The notes: generated from the letters alone by a model not told the origin. Positions 1 to 13,666 are shown, numbered from the stretch's first letter. The stretch is 64,000 nucleotides of DNA from Phaeosaccion multiseriatum (GCA_965112735.1 OZ218950.1:6882001-6946000), one strand, 5' to 3'. Numbers and translations: made by a program.

Positions 1-46
1 GGTGGGGAGGAGGCGAAGGGCCTGAGACCACTTCAGGTACGGTGTT

Positions 47-121
<75 letters not shown>

Positions 122-305
122 ATATGTGTGTGTGCGTATCTACGTGTGAGCGTGAGAGCCCTCGTGCCTCGAACTCAAAAGAGAGCTTTACTTGCTCGTG
201 GTCTACTTCGTGTTTGCGCCTCGCTCGTCGTCTCTTGCTTACCTTACATTGCCTGCGTGAAACTCTTACTTATACGAAAGGTTACGTATTCTACTTGCCT
301 TGCCA

Positions 306-342
<37 letters not shown>

Positions 343-454
343 TGGCAGGGTCGATTGGGTAGTGCCTCGGGGGCGCTGCTGCCCAAACTGGAGCACTTGC
401 AGATTCAGATGGACGACCGACGGGACCACGCACAAGCAGCCTTCAAGAAGCATC

Positions 455-494
<40 letters not shown>

Positions 495-495
495 G

Positions 496-535
<40 letters not shown>

Positions 536-1576
536 TGTATGTGTATGTGTGTGTGTGGGTGGGTGTGCGTGTGCGTGTGCGTGTGTGTATCTGGCTGTGT
601 GGCTGTGTTTGTCCGCGTGTGTGCGCGTGCGTGTATGTGCGTGTATGTATGTATGTATGTATGTATGTATGTATGTATGTATGTATGTATGTATGTATGT
701 ATGTATGTATGTATGTACGTATGTATATTCGTTTGTCTGTGTGTATAAGCTACGGAGAGACTGACTGACCTACGGGAGGCAGGGGACTGTTTAAGACTTA
801 CTCTTATATTATTTTGCTAAGGCCCACCTTGTATCGCCATATGTGTTGACTGTGAACCTCTCTCAACAAGGCCCATTAACCACGCTTTCACTGCCATACT
901 TTGCACCCCTCCCACACCTCCACCACTCGCCCCTCCCCTCCCCCTCCCTCCCTCCCTACCTCAACAAACAGGCTCTCCTGGCCGAACAGCGGCAAGCGCA
1001 AACTCTCTTTCGAGCCGAGGCCGAGGTTTCCGCGTCCGACGTGGAGCAGCGCACCGAACACCTTAAGGCAATGAGAGACAAGATCGTGGCGGGCAAGAGG
1101 AGGGAGAGGGAGAGGGCCAGCGAGAAGGCCGACAAGCGCAAGCCTATCAGCTTGAAGGGAGGCAGCGGCGGCACCAAGGGTGAGAAGGGGGAGGGCAGCC
1201 GCTACTTTTTCATCAGGGGAGGGAGGGGGGGGTGTTGGCGTGGTAGGGTCTAGGGAAAATGTGAACCCGAAAACACACACCGGCGTGCTTCCGTCCTTGC
1301 CTCCTTTCCTCTCCCCCCTCCCTCCCCACCGCCCCTTCTGTTGAACTTAACATCACCCTTGCCACTGCGTGTGTATATGTCCCCTTCATCGGACCGTGTG
1401 CCATGTCCCACAGGCGGGGGAGAGGCCAAGTGTAACGGCAACCCGCCGTCGGAGAGCAAGGATGCGGCAGAGGAGCAGCGCTACGCCATGCGAGTGGCCC
1501 TTGCCCGGAGGATGAAGCAGGACCTTCTCGACAGCGAGGATAGGAAGGGCAGTGGGGTACGTGTCTCTGTGTGCGC

Positions 1577-1654
<78 letters not shown>

Positions 1655-2064
1655 GCGTGTGTGTTGTAGGCGTGTGTGTATGTGTGTGCAGCATGTGTGT
1701 GTGTTGTGCGTGCGTGCGTGCGTGCGTAAGTCGGACCGACTTGCTCCCGCCCTCACTCCCTCACTCACTCACTCACTCACTCACTCGCTCACTCTCACTC
1801 TCACTCCCTCACCCAGTCATTCACTCTCTCACTCCCTCCCTCACCTACTCCCCCACCCCCCAGGCGCACGAGAGCCAGCTGGCAGATCTCGACCGCAAGC
1901 TCATGCTTGTCGAGCAGACACGCGAGGAGAATCGCCTCAAGGAGATGGAGCTCACTGAGGACATCCGACGGCGGCAAGCCACGAGAGCCAAGAACATCTC
2001 ACGCTCGGCAGCAAAGATGAAAGGAGAGCAGCAGGCGGATTTCTCGTTCCAAGAGGGAGGGTAG
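1..2064 (+). CDS. 3' part of a CFAP36/CCDC104-like coiled-coil flagellar protein; exons ~1-37, 349-456, 972-1179, 1414-1556, 1864-2064
   Basis: GT-AG exons join in frame. Peptides '[25 protein letters not shown]' and '[15 protein letters not shown]' resemble the CFAP36 C-terminus from memory. The N-terminal BART domain would lie outside the window. Confidence 0.5.
48..722. repeat. Intronic (GT)n, (GTCT)n and (GTAT)n microsatellites
   Basis: Directly visible tracts at ~48-135, 307-340 and 457-722. Confidence 0.95.
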
Positions 2065-3734
2065 GGGGTGATGGGATGGATGGCAGCAGATGGAATGGCT
2101 TGGGCGTAGAGAAGGGGGGGGGGGTGAGCGGGGTTGGGGAGGGGAGGGGAGGGGAGGGGAGGGGAGAGGAGGGGAGGGGAGGGGAGGGGAGGGGAGGGGA
2201 GGACGGAGGAGATGGAGAGGGGGGCGGAAGGACAACAGAGGAAGGGGGTGGTGCTGGGGGGAAGGCGGGATGAAAGGAGAAAGAAGTGAGAGAAGGAGGG
2301 GAGGGAGGGAGGGAGGGAGGGAGGGAGGGAGGGAGGAGGGAGGGAGGGAGGGAGGAGAGACCAGGAGATATGGAGAGATGAGGCGCGTGAAGGGTGGGAA
2401 GTAAGTGAGGGTGCGGGAGCGGAAACAAATCGCATCACGCGGACACAGATTATGCTGCCCGCCCACACACAGACGCTCCACAAAGAGGATTTGTGAAGAG
2501 CGTACAATACAACCGAGAAGAGGCCCGGGCCCATGCAGCACGACTCATCGAGACGGATGGAGGATGGAGAGGCAGTCCGAGAGGGAGTGGGGGGCGGCTT
2601 GCGGGTACGGCAGGAGGGGCGGGAGTAGGGGGGGGTGGGGGTCGATGGGGGGGGGGCAGCAGGAGAAGGGGCAGCAGAGCAGTAGCAACAACAGCAGCAG
2701 GAGAGCTTTCGGAACAAGCAGAAAGCAAGCGGGGAAGGGAGATGGAGAGAGGGGAGAGGGAAGAGATTCAAGTTTTGGTTTTTAGTGAACCACTCGATCA
2801 TAGCAAGCATGCCGTGACGATACCCTTAGTAGAAATACATTGTATACTTCACACGAAGGGCAGTCTCGGGTTTTGAAGCTTGAAGAGAAGAGGGAGAAAT
2901 CGATGCCGACATTAAAACTGTAAAATGTCATCGGCTCGCCAATACAGAAAGACCCAAGAAGCTTCGCGCCCCCCCCTGCTTGAGTTTCAGTGACGATCGC
3001 CTTTTAGTGACCCGATCGCCTTCCGTCCGCCTCATCGGCTCGCGAGCTTCAACTTGGTGCGGGCAAAGGTGAATGAAAGAGTAAGTCAATTACAAGTGAA
3101 AAAAAAAGAAGTGAAAAATCCATTGCTGGGGGGCTGAACAGCTGGACTAGGGTCGGATGAGAACGAACGTGTCCAGGAAGTTATCTCACTCTCCTGCTCG
3201 GTTCCGTACCCGATAAGCTGCAGCTGCAGCTGACGGGATGGGTTGGTTAGTGGGCTCCTCGGCTGCTTACATTGTACCTACACTTCACGACTCGAGCGGA
3301 AGGCGAGCTCTATATGCATGCCCTCGCCCACGGCTGAGGGGCCAAATGGGCCATAGGACCTCCTCCGCCTCCTTCTCCCATCCCAGCCACTCGAGGCTCC
3401 GGGATCGCTCCATCGCCGAACAGAACGTCGCCAATACCAACGCGGATGCCAATGGCAACGGGAATGAAGGCCAACTGGCAATGCTAAACGCCGAGTCGCA
3501 CCCCCCATTGCCCTTCTTCGGCAACGGATACGGGGGAGATCAGAGAAGTCAAGGCGGCCCTGCCTTCCGCTGCCTTCTTGCTGCCTTCTGCTGCTTCTGC
3601 TGCCTTCTCGCCGTGACCGTCGCCGATCAGCGCCGGGGGTGTGCGATGCCTGAGTGGTTGCGCTTCACTTTCACTCACATGCCTTCTCCTGCCCCCCCCC
3701 CTCCAACGGGCGGCTGCTTCTCCTTCTGCTCCTG

Positions 3735-3760
<26 letters not shown>

Positions 3761-3768
<8 letters not shown>

Positions 3769-3822
3769 ATCACCAACTGTTGCTGTATCACCAACTGCTG
3801 CTGTATCACCAACTGTTGCTGT
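3761..3822. repeat. 3 tandem copies of the 18-bp unit GCTGTATCACCAACTGYT, following a (CTG)n tract
   Basis: Direct reading; the same motif is dispersed through the window. Confidence 0.95.
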
Positions 3823-3996
3823 TGGAGGTATGAGCTCCGAGACCGGGGCGCATCTCAAATACATGGTGATCAAGGCAGTGCTCTATGGGTACACATGTAA
3901 CGTACATGTGCGATGAGCGAAAAGCCTGCACCTCAAGCTTCGTTGAGCCCTCCTCCCCTCCTCCCGACCCTCCCCTGTAGAGCCACAGCTTGCTCC

Positions 3997-4806
3997 TCAG
4001 CAAGGGGTGCGCGAGAAAGGACGGCAAATAGCTTTGTTCTGACGACCTTTCGATCGAGCCCCGGGCATGGAGACCTTCTTGGACGATGCTTCATCTCTCT
4101 TTTCGCTGCCCTGTCCCCCCATATGTGTCCACTCTACCAGCTTCAGGGTGATCCAAAGCTTGCCTGTGGCAGCGTAGATAGAGAGCAGCACCAGAGCGAA
4201 GACAGGTGCAGCGTGCTGAGTACGAGAACGGTAAACAGACAAGAAAGCCGGCAAGGCCACCTCACTCACACACCTGGGATGGTGATGGGCTTGAGCAGCT
4301 TCCGAAACACAGTGCTTTCTGCAAGAGCGGGTACCAATCGCGCGCCCTGGACCCTGTTGCCCAGCCAAGGCGAGGAGGCCACTTTCTGCTTGGCTTGGTC
4401 AATAGCCTGCGTGTACATACCCTTGCACTTCACCATGACGGCATTGTCACTCCCCTCCACGGCCCGTCGAATGGGGTTGAACGCGGCGCTTTGGGTGGGC
4501 TGCAGGTAGTAGCAAGCCGACCAAGTGGTGATGAGAAAAGCCACACTCATCAGCTCGTGAACTGGGTAGAAGGGAGCAGGTGCAGAGGTTGCGAGAGAGA
4601 GAGACAGGAGGGAGAGAGTGAAGGAGGAACAGAGTTAAAAGGACGAGTTGGCATGACTGTTTTTCTCCTCCTACTTGCTTACATACGAAGGCCTTGGGGA
4701 TGTCCGCAGCGGAGATGTCGTGCTCTTCAAAGTACGTCCTTAGCTGATCCATTTCTTCTTTTTTCTTCTCTCTCTCTTCGTCCTGGTTCTGTCGCCCCGC
4801 GCCCAT
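3997..4806 (-). CDS. Small conserved hypothetical protein, possibly DUF1279/FAM210-like; exons 4806-4683, 4561-4274, 4163-3997
   Basis: Exons join in frame: ...KAFVFHELMSVAFLITTWSACY...LAESTVFRKLLKPITIPGKLWITLKLV. Family assignment is a loose resemblance only. Confidence 0.6.
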
Positions 4807-4965
4807 ATACCCCTAAAGGATTGCTGACTTACGCTCGATGCTGATCTGGCGAGACGAAAAAAGGGCGGAGCAAAAAGCAAGGAAGAAAGAGATCAAAAAG
4901 AAGAAGCAGAAGAACAGGATTAGCTGCTGCAATTGCAGTAGTACAACATAGCCAACATAGCGGCC

Positions 4966-7042
4966 ATGCGGGCAGCTCCGTCTACGACGCTGCTCTTCGC
5001 ACTTGTCGGTGGGTCCACAGGCTTCACCACGATTCCATCGGCCACGGCACTCGGGAAAGGTAGCGGCAGCAATGTGGGCAGGGGAGGAGGCGCCGCCCAA
5101 ACAGCTCCACACTCCCAAAGTCGCAGCAGCAGCACTAGCAGCAGCAACGGTGGTGCTAGTGCAAGAAGTCTCAAGGCACTGAACCCAACCGCGCATGTTG
5201 CAGCTGGAATGACGGCCTTGAGACGTACTCGAGGTGGTGGGTGGACTGCAGGATCGTCCGGGGCTCCGGGATCCGTTTGCATGATGTCCACCTCCGCAGA
5301 CGGGGGCTCGGAAGGTGCCGCTGGTGCTGCCACAGCGACTCTCTCCAAGGACAAGGGAGAGACTGCGGCAGCAAGCAGCAACAGTAGCAAGACTAATGGC
5401 AGTGGGGGCGGAAGCAGCACGGGAGGAGCCGCTGGGGGAGCTGATGGCGATGACGATGAGGAGTACACTCTGGAGAACCTTCCCCCGGCGCCTCCCTGCG
5501 GCCCTCTGGACAGGGACTACGTAATCGACTCGGCCGCCGACGCCGAGAAGGCGAGGAAGGAGAGGGAGGAGCCGCCTCTCACGCCGGAGCTCGCCGCGAA
5601 TCCGCTGCTCAACATCAAGGGACTGCCCAAGTTTGTGAGCATTGAGGCGAGCAGCGTGGTGAGTGAGTGCAGCGACAGAGACAAGAGGGAGAGGGGTGTA
5701 GGGGTGTAAGTGGAGAGAGGTGGGGCAGGCAGTATGTACGGGACCTGAGGAAGGAGGGGAGAGAAGGGGACATGCGAGCGCTAAGCCTCTGTTTTTCCTC
5801 ACCCCCCCCTCCCTCTGCCCTTCATGTCTGCCCACCGTCCTCTCTGTGCCCTCCGTCCCTTCCTCCTCCCTCCCTACCTCCCTCCCCTCCGCCTCCTCTC
5901 TCCCCTCCCTCCCCTCCTCTCCATTCCCATCCCCTCTCCCAGGTGCCTGCCATGGAGCACCTGTTGGACATTACAGAAAAGCGCTTCGCAGAGCTTGAGG
6001 CCCGCCTCCTCGACCCCTACACGAGGTCAGGCAGACAAACAAATAGGCAGGAAACAGGCAGGCAGGCAGCCAGGCTCATTGTGAGGGGGAGTGTAGTTTG
6101 CTGCCGTCGGACAGTGTCCCCCCCCCACCTGCCCACCTGCTGGCCTCTAACCCTGCCCTTGCCTCTATCCACCGGCCCTTCAAAACTAAAAACTGCATCT
6201 CAGCTCCAGCTGGGGTCAGAAGCGGATGCTTTACGACTACGAAGGCGTGATCGACGAGCTCGAGAAGGTCAAGGACCCGCTGTTCCGCGCCTGGGGTATC
6301 GTACACCACCTCAAGGGAGTGCAAGACAGCAAGGAGTTGAGGGAGGCCTTCGACCTCATTAACCCCAAGGTTATTAAACTGTCTCAGCGACTGGGGCAGA
6401 GCAAGCCAGTGTACGAGGCGGCACAGTTTTTGCTGCGCCCTGCCTCTGTGCGAACTCTGAGTGAGGTTCAGATTCGCGTGGTGGAGGACATGGTGCGAGG
6501 GATGGCACTGGAAGGAGTGGGCCTCGAGGGAGAGACCAAGGTGAGCTGTGGAGCTCTCTGCCTTCCTTGCCCACCCCAAAACCACCCTAGACCCAATTCG
6601 ACCCCACCCACCCAAACAACCAGCGTACACACCCTACGCAGCTAATCCACCCACGCCCCCCCCCCCCCAAGTCAATTACACTCCACTCACCTACTCCACC
6701 CGCCCACTCACCCACCCCACCCCAACCAACCAACCAACCAACCACCCAATCATCCAATCATCCAATCACACCAACGCACCAGGAGCGTTTCAACGCCCTC
6801 AATCTGGAGCTTGCGGAGCTGTCCAACAAGTTCACCAACAATGTGCTCGACTCCACCAAAGCCTTTAGCCACACACTCACCACCAAAGAGCAGGTGGAAG
6901 GCCTGCCTGCCTCAGTACTGGAGATGGCAGCTCAGGAGGCGAGGACTGCCGGAGAGGAAGCGGCGACTGCAGAGGACGGCCCTTGGAGGATCACGCTCGC
7001 GGCACCGCTGTACTTCCCCCTCATGCAGCACCTCAAGGATAG

Positions 7043-7075
<33 letters not shown>

Positions 7076-7337
7076 CGTCGGTGGGTTGGTGGGTCGGTGT
7101 GTGTGGGTGTATGGGTGTGTGCGTGTGTGTGCGTGTGTGTGTGTGTGCGTGTGTGTGTGTGTGTGTGTGTGCGGGGTATGGAGGTGAGGGTGGGTGCCTC
7201 TCGTCTTTGCTTCTCACCTGTCTTGTTCATCCATCTGCTGCCATTCCCCCCCGTGGCCAGCACTTCTCGCAAGACGGCGGTGCGCTGACCCTTCCTCTCC
7301 TCCTCCTCCTCCTCCTCCTCCTCCTCCTCCTCCCCCC

Positions 7338-7369
<32 letters not shown>

Positions 7370-9278
7370 ACTCCTCCTCCTCCCCCTCCGCCCCTCGCTT
7401 GCTTGCTTCCCCCCCTCCCCGCACACAGGAACATTCGTGAGATGTTCTACAGAAAGTACCTCGCACGGGCCTCTGGCAACCCCGAGGAGGAGGGGAGCAG
7501 CAGTAACGAGGCTAACATCGTCCGCATTCTCGAGCTGAGGAGCGAGAAGGCAAAGATTCTGGGCTTTGAGACCTACGCAGAGCAGTCGCTCAGTGTCAAA
7601 ATGGCGGGGAGTGTGCAGGATGTAACGGACCTCTCGGAGAAGCTCAGAGAGAAGTGAGTTGTGGAGGGGAGGGGGGGGGGAGAGGGAAGTAAGGGAAGTA
7701 AGAGGAGGCGGGTGGGAGGAGGGAGGGAGGAAGAGGGAGGGGAGAGAGAGAACAAGAGAGGGAAAGAGGCGAGACGGAAGCAGATGGCAGAGCGGGAAGA
7801 AGCCTCCCTACCTACCCAGAATATGAACCCAATCTGAAGCTGCAAATTCTCACAGCAATGTCCATCCACCCACTGCCATCATTCACTGCCATAATCTGCT
7901 ATCCAGGTCCCTGCCTGCGGCCAAGCGCGAGCTGAAGGAGACGGAGGAATACGCACGCGCCCACGGCTTCGACGAGGACAAGTTTGAGCTGTGGGACACC
8001 TCCTTCTGGTCCGAGAGAAGGAAGGAAGAGCTCTTCGCATTCAAGGAGGAGGTGCGGGCAGGGGAGAGGGCGAGGGGCGAGCGAGGGGCGAGCGAGGGGT
8101 AGGGCAGGGGGAGGGTGGGGGGGCTGCCATTCACTCTTACTTTTGTTCTTCTCATTGGCCTTTCTTCTGCTTCCTTCCCTAGTTCACCTTCTCATATTGC
8201 CCCTCTCCTCTCTCCCGTCTCCCCCCTCTCCCCTCCCCTCTGGCCCCTCTCCCCCCACCTCTCTCTCTCTCTCTCCGCCCTCTCCCCGTGTCCCCTCTTT
8301 TTCTCTCCCCACTCCCCCTTGCCGTAGGACCTTCGCCCTTACTTCCCCCTCCCTGCGGTTCGAGACGGCATGTTCGACCTCGCACGTCGCCTCTTCGGCG
8401 TTCAGATTGAGGAGGTGGAGGCGAGCGCAGAGGCGGCAGGGGCCGAAGGTGTGGAGGTGTGGGACAAGGATGTTTCCTTTTATAAGGTGTATGAGGAAAC
8501 GGAGGGAGGAGAGAAGGGAGCGCATGTGGCGAGCTTCTATCTCGATCCCTATGTGCGGCCCGAGAACAAGAGAGGCGGTGAGTGAGGGAGAGAGGAAAGG
8601 AAGGAAGGAGGGGGGGGGGGGGAGGGGGAGGGAGTAAGAGAATGAGTGAGGGAGTGAGTGACTGAGTGAGAGAGTAAGAGAGAGTGAGTGGGTATTGAGA
8701 GTGAGGGAAGGGGCGAGTGTGAGTTGGAGTTCCCGCGAGGGGGCCCAAGGACATCAATTGAACCTATCCTCCGTTTCGGTAAGGAAGCCGTCCCTCCCTC
8801 CCTCCCTCCCTCTGTCTGTCCAAAGCCCGTTACCGCTCACCCCCCCCTCCCCCCCCCAATCCTTACCGTATACCGTCACATTCATTCAACAACACAACAC
8901 AACAACACCCACACCCACACCCACACCCACACCCACGGAACACATACGTATCACATACGTATCACACACGTAATAATAGGCGCGTGGATGGCTGACTGCC
9001 AGGGCCGATCGAAGGTGCTTGACCGCATCCCCGTGGCCTACCTGACATGTAACGGCTCTCCCCCCGTGGCGGGGACGGACGGAGCCAAGGGAAAGCCGTC
9101 CCTCATGAGCTTCTCTGAGGTGTCCACGCTGTTCCACGAGTTTGGGCACGGGTTGCAGCACATGCTCACCAGAGTGGACGATGCCAACGCCGCAGGTGGG
9201 TGTTGTGTGGATGTGGGTGGGATGGGAGGTGGGGTGGGGTTAAGGCACTCGGTAACTACATTAGACTAACAACAACAA

Positions 9279-9336
<58 letters not shown>

Positions 9337-10984
9337 GCACACGCAGGCATCAACAACATTGAGTGGGATGCCGTGGAGCTGCCCTCCCAGTTCATGGAGA
9401 ATTGGTGCTACCACCAGCCAACTGTGAACAAGTTCGCCAGGCACTACGAGACGGGCGAGCCGCTGCCGCAGGACCTCTTTGACAAGCTGCAAGGTCAGAC
9501 TACTTACGTGACCCTTACGTAGTACCGATACATCTTACGATACGGAAGAGACACGGACCCTGACCCTGACCCTGTCCCAGACCATAATCCTGACCCTGAC
9601 CTTGACCCTGACCCTGACCCAGACCCTGACCCTGACCCCGACCCTGACCGTCACTCTGACCCTGCGGCTCCTCACCCTGACCCTTGCCCCCTTTGCTGAG
9701 GCAGCCCAACGCACCTACATGGCGGGAAGCTTCATGCTGCGTCAGCTGTACTTCGGCGTGCTCGACATGGGGCTGCACGGCGGTTACGACCCCAAGGGGG
9801 ACAAGACGCCGTTTGAGCTGCAGAGGGAGATTGCGTCTCGCTACACGGTCATGCCGCCCCTTGAGGAAGATCGCTTCCTGTGCTCCTTTGCGCACATCTT
9901 CGCGGGGGGCTATGCCGCAGGTGAGAGGTAGTGAGGTGTAGTACTGAGGCGTGAGGTGTAGTACTGAGGGGTGAGGTATAGTACTGAGGGGTGAGGTGTA
10001 GTACTGAGGGGTGAGGTGTAGTACTGAGGGGTGAGGTGTAGTACTGAGGGGTGAGGGGTAGTACTGAGGGGTGAGGTGTAGTACTGAGGGGTGAGGTGTA
10101 GTACTGAGGGGTGAGGTGTAGTACTGAGGGGTGAGGTGTAGTACTGAGGGGTGAGGGGTAGTACTGAGGGGTGAGGTGTAGTACTGAGGGGTGAGGTGTA
10201 GTACTGAGGGGTGAGGTGTAGTACTGAGGGGTGAGGTGTAGTACTGAGGGGTGAGGTGTAGTACTGAGGGGTGAGGTGTAGTACTGAGGGGTGAGGTGTA
10301 GTACTGAGGGGTGCGGAGTGCTCTCTCCTTGGTGACCGGCTTGGGGGGGGCTGTGGCTGTAGAACCAACTTCTGTAGCTGTATGCCAACTGCTGTGTGGA
10401 TTAGCCTTGCCTCGAAGTGGAACTGCAAACTGACACCCCCTGCTATGTGTGTGATTGTGTGTGGGTGCGTGCGTGTCCTACTTCCCCCTCCCCTCGCCTC
10501 CCCTCTCCTCAGGCTACTACTCGTACAAGTGGGCAGAGGTCATGTCAGCGGACGCCTTTGAGGCTTTCGAGGAGGCGGGCCTCGAGAAGGAGGAGGAGAT
10601 TAAGAAGGTCGGCAGGCACTTCAGAGAGACTGTCCTGGCCAAGGGTGAGTGGGAGAGTGTCGTTAGTAAGCATTGTGTCTTGCGTTGCCCTGCTTGCCTG
10701 GTCTTGCAGCGTGCTAGCCAGCCAAGGGTGAGTGAGTGCGTGTTTGTAGTTAGTGAGGCTCGTGCCTTTGTCTTGCCTTGCCTACCTCGCCTGTTGCCAT
10801 TTTTCCCTCCCTCGTCTGCTCCGTGACTTACACTCCACTCCACTCCACTCCATGCTTGACACTCCGTGCTTGACACTCCGTGCTTGACACTCTCTGCTTG
10901 ACATTCGGTGCCTTACTTTCTGTACCACACTCTGTATCTTACTCACACTCTACTCCGTGTTTGACACTCCACTTCGACTCCCAC

Positions 10985-11020
<36 letters not shown>

Positions 11021-11144
11021 TATATATATGATGTGTGCATGTCATGATACTCTAGGTGGGGGCAGGCACCCTAGGGACGTGTACCAGGACTTCCGAGGCA
11101 GGGACGCAAAGCCCGATGCTCTCCTCAGACACGCCGGTCTCTGA
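4966..11144 (+). CDS. opdA: Oligopeptidase A (peptidase M3A) with probable bipartite plastid presequence; multi-exon
   Basis: 'NPLL..GLPKF', '[18 protein letters not shown]', zinc motif HEFGH at 9135-9149, '[18 protein letters not shown]', '[21 protein letters not shown]', '[14 protein letters not shown]'. N-terminal signal peptide ends 'STG-FTT' (ASAFAP-like). Confidence 0.95.
9556..9685. repeat. Degenerate (CCCTGA)n hexamer array in an opdA intron
   Basis: Direct reading. Confidence 0.9.
9931..10310. repeat. Minisatellite, 19 copies of 20-bp GTGAGGTGTAGTACTGAGGG, in an opdA intron
   Basis: Near-perfect head-to-tail copies with no spacers. Confidence 0.97.
10850..10915. repeat. 14-bp tandem repeat (CACTCCGTGCTTGA), ~4-5 degenerate copies, intronic
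   Basis: Direct reading. Confidence 0.8.
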
Positions 11145-11900
11145 CGAGGGCAGGCGAGAGAGGGGCAAGAGGGGCGGGCCTGCGAGGCTGGGGGAAAGGG
11201 GGGAGGAGAGAGCGAGAGGGAGGGAGAAGGAGAGGAATGACACTTCATGCGTCGTATGTCAGTGATCGAACGGCAGGGAGAGGAGCTCCTTTGGGCGTTG
11301 TCCGCCTAAGTCTCCGAGGCGGGTGGGGCGGAGAGGTGGAGTTGGAGACCTTGCCTTACATCGATCTCCCTCTCTCTCTCTCTCTCTTGCCTTTCTCTGT
11401 GGACGGAAAGGGGGAAGGCAGATACGTGGAAGGTTGTGGGCTGCCGGCAGGCAGAGACAGAGACAGGAGGCAGAGTCAGAGACAGAGACAGGAGGCAGAG
11501 TCAGAGTCAGAGACAGAGGCAGGGAGGTCTGCCCCCTGTCGCTGTAGGGTGGGACACTCGCAACGCACGAAGTGGGACTGCGAGAGAAGGAGAAATAGAA
11601 GCAAACAACCACAACCAATTTCTCTCTCTCAGAACCAGTAAGGCTATAATTAAAAGAAGAGGTATACAATGGTCATGGTTCATTCAATGCATTCAACAGT
11701 GAATTGGGTTCATGTCGATCACCAGCTTCACTTGGTCGTTGGTCCATCTACGCTCTTACCCCCTTGGTCCCTGGCAATGTATGCCGGCTGCCGAGGAGCG
11801 ACAGCCTTTCGTAACGGGCAGAGTATGGGGTATGCGGTTATGCGCCTTACACGGCCCATACACCCTAACATGAAGCAAAGCAAAGGAGGGGGAAACCCTA

Positions 11901-13666
11901 TCATGAGCCGGCAGGCTTGCCGCCCCCCTGGGCCGTCCCCCCCGGAGCACTCGACTTGTCATGCAGAAGCACGTACTCCCGTGTCGAGGTGCCAAACTTG
12001 ATGACGTCTTTCTCGAAGAGCTCTATATAGCGGGAGGCCTCCACCCGCTCTCCATTGAGGAACGTTCCGTTGGCGCTCTCCAGGTCCATGACGTAGGGGC
12101 GAACGGTCCGCGTAGTCTTCATGGCTGCCGCGTTGACCTTCTCCTTTAGACGGAACTGGAGCTGCAGGGGGGAAATGGGGGCGGCGGGTGGGTAGAGGCA
12201 TACGAGAACGGGGAGGGGCAGGGGGGGGGCTTGTTTGCTTAGGATGGAAGCTGAGCTGCGAGGAGAGAGAGAGAAGAGAAAGAGAGAGATAGCTTAGGAT
12301 GGAAGCTGAGCTGCGAGGAGAGAGAGAGAGAAAGGGAGAGAGATAGCTTAGGATGGAAGCTGAGCTGCGAGGAGAGAGAGAGATAGAGAGAGAGATAGCG
12401 AGATTTGAATAGGAGGACAGCATAGAGCACAGCTCCTGCTGGTTGAGAAAAAGTGCATCACTCTACGAGGTCTCTGTCGAGCATGTAATAGAGGCATAGA
12501 GCGAGGACAAACGGGTGTAAAGGGAGGGAGGATGGCCGCAGGGCACGAAGACGTGGGGAGGAGAGAAAGGGAGAGAGAGAGAGTGGCACAGAGACACATC
12601 TGTGAGGAACGGGTGCTGTGCCACCAACTGCCACACAACGCACCACTGCGTGTTGCTTGGAGCAGGACAAGTGGTCCAAGGGGATGTCCGCAATCTTCCT
12701 CTCTCGGCCAAACAAGTAGGCGCTCTGGCGGTGGATGTGGAGCGTTTGCAGCAGCTCCTGGCCCTTGAACACATACAGTCTGGTACAAGGTAGAGAGGAG
12801 GGGGGGGGTGAAGAAAGGAGGTGGCACCGGAGTGAGGTGGGCGATTGTTGCGTGTGGAGGAGAGTGGGAGGTGGAGGAGAGGAAAGAACCACAGGAGGCG
12901 TGGAAGGAAAGCAATAGGTACCTTCGCCTATGAATAGGGGCGCAAGGCAGAGCAAGGCAGTGAGAGCGACTCACCTCCACCGCTTGGACGGTTGCCTGGC
13001 GTCTTCAGGCTCCGACCATTTGAGTACGATTCCCTTGTACACATTGCCGGTGGCTTTGTCCTTCGACAAGGCCCCTGAAAGGCCGAAGTTGGCCAGCAGC
13101 TTGGGCTTGTCGCCCCCCCCTCCTTCCTCGTCGTTGCCGCCCTCCTCCTTGCTGCCCCACTCGAAGGACGTGCCCCCCCCGTCCTGCGGCCCCTTCTTGG
13201 CCGCTGCTGCCTTGCCCCCCTCCGCCATGATGGCCGCCATGGAGGACGTTGGCGCAGCAGCGACATGACCTCCTCTTCCTCCTCCTGCTGCTGCTGCTGC
13301 TGCTGCGCTCGGAGGTGGGAGTGGCGGAGGCGCTTGGGTGTCTCCTGCTCGTCTGTCGCTCGTCTCCCACCTACTCGCCCTGCTCCTCCTTTCCCCTTTG
13401 CTGATCTCGCTCTTGTCACTGTCTCGCACGTGGTCCCTGTCTCCGTCCCTCTCTTTCCGCCTCTCTCGACTGCGGCTCCGGCTCCTCCCTCCCCTCTCCC
13501 CCCCACCCCCCCCGCTCTCTCTCACATCGTCTCTGCCGCTCTTCTCCCTCCTATACTCCCTGTCGCTGCCACCCCCGCTCCTTTCCTTCCCATCCCTCCT
13601 CCGCGATCCATCCCTGCTCCTGCTCCTGCTTCTCCTACGGTCTCTACCGGGCGGCGAAGACGGCAT
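11901..13666 (-). CDS. SNIP1: SNIP1/Pml1/DAWDLE FHA-domain protein (RES complex); 3 exons
   Basis: RS-rich N-terminus; 'NFGLSGAL', 'LKWSEPEDARQPSKRWR|LYVFKG', 'SAYLFGRERKIADIPLDHLSCSKQHAV|LQFR', 'PYVMDLESANGTFLNG', 'DVIKFGTSTREYVLL'. Confidence 0.95.
12237..12400. repeat. 3 copies of a ~55-bp unit (GCTTAGGATGGAAGCTGAGCTGCGAGG plus GA tract) in a SNIP1 intron
   Basis: Direct reading. Confidence 0.9.

Noticed and set aside
50-768. Cys/Val-rich ORFs (CVCVCV...) and similar PPSL/GGRE ORFs across the window
   Set aside because: Translations of intronic microsatellites or antisense shadows of real exons.
3238-3900. 220-aa Cys-rich ORF (metallothionein-like CCCITN repeats)
   Set aside because: The cysteines come from a CTG tract and the dispersed DNA motif; no recognisable family, and overlapping frames are equally open.
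9931-10310. CRISPR-like array
   Set aside because: Contiguous near-identical units with no unique spacers, inside a eukaryotic intron, and no cas genes.
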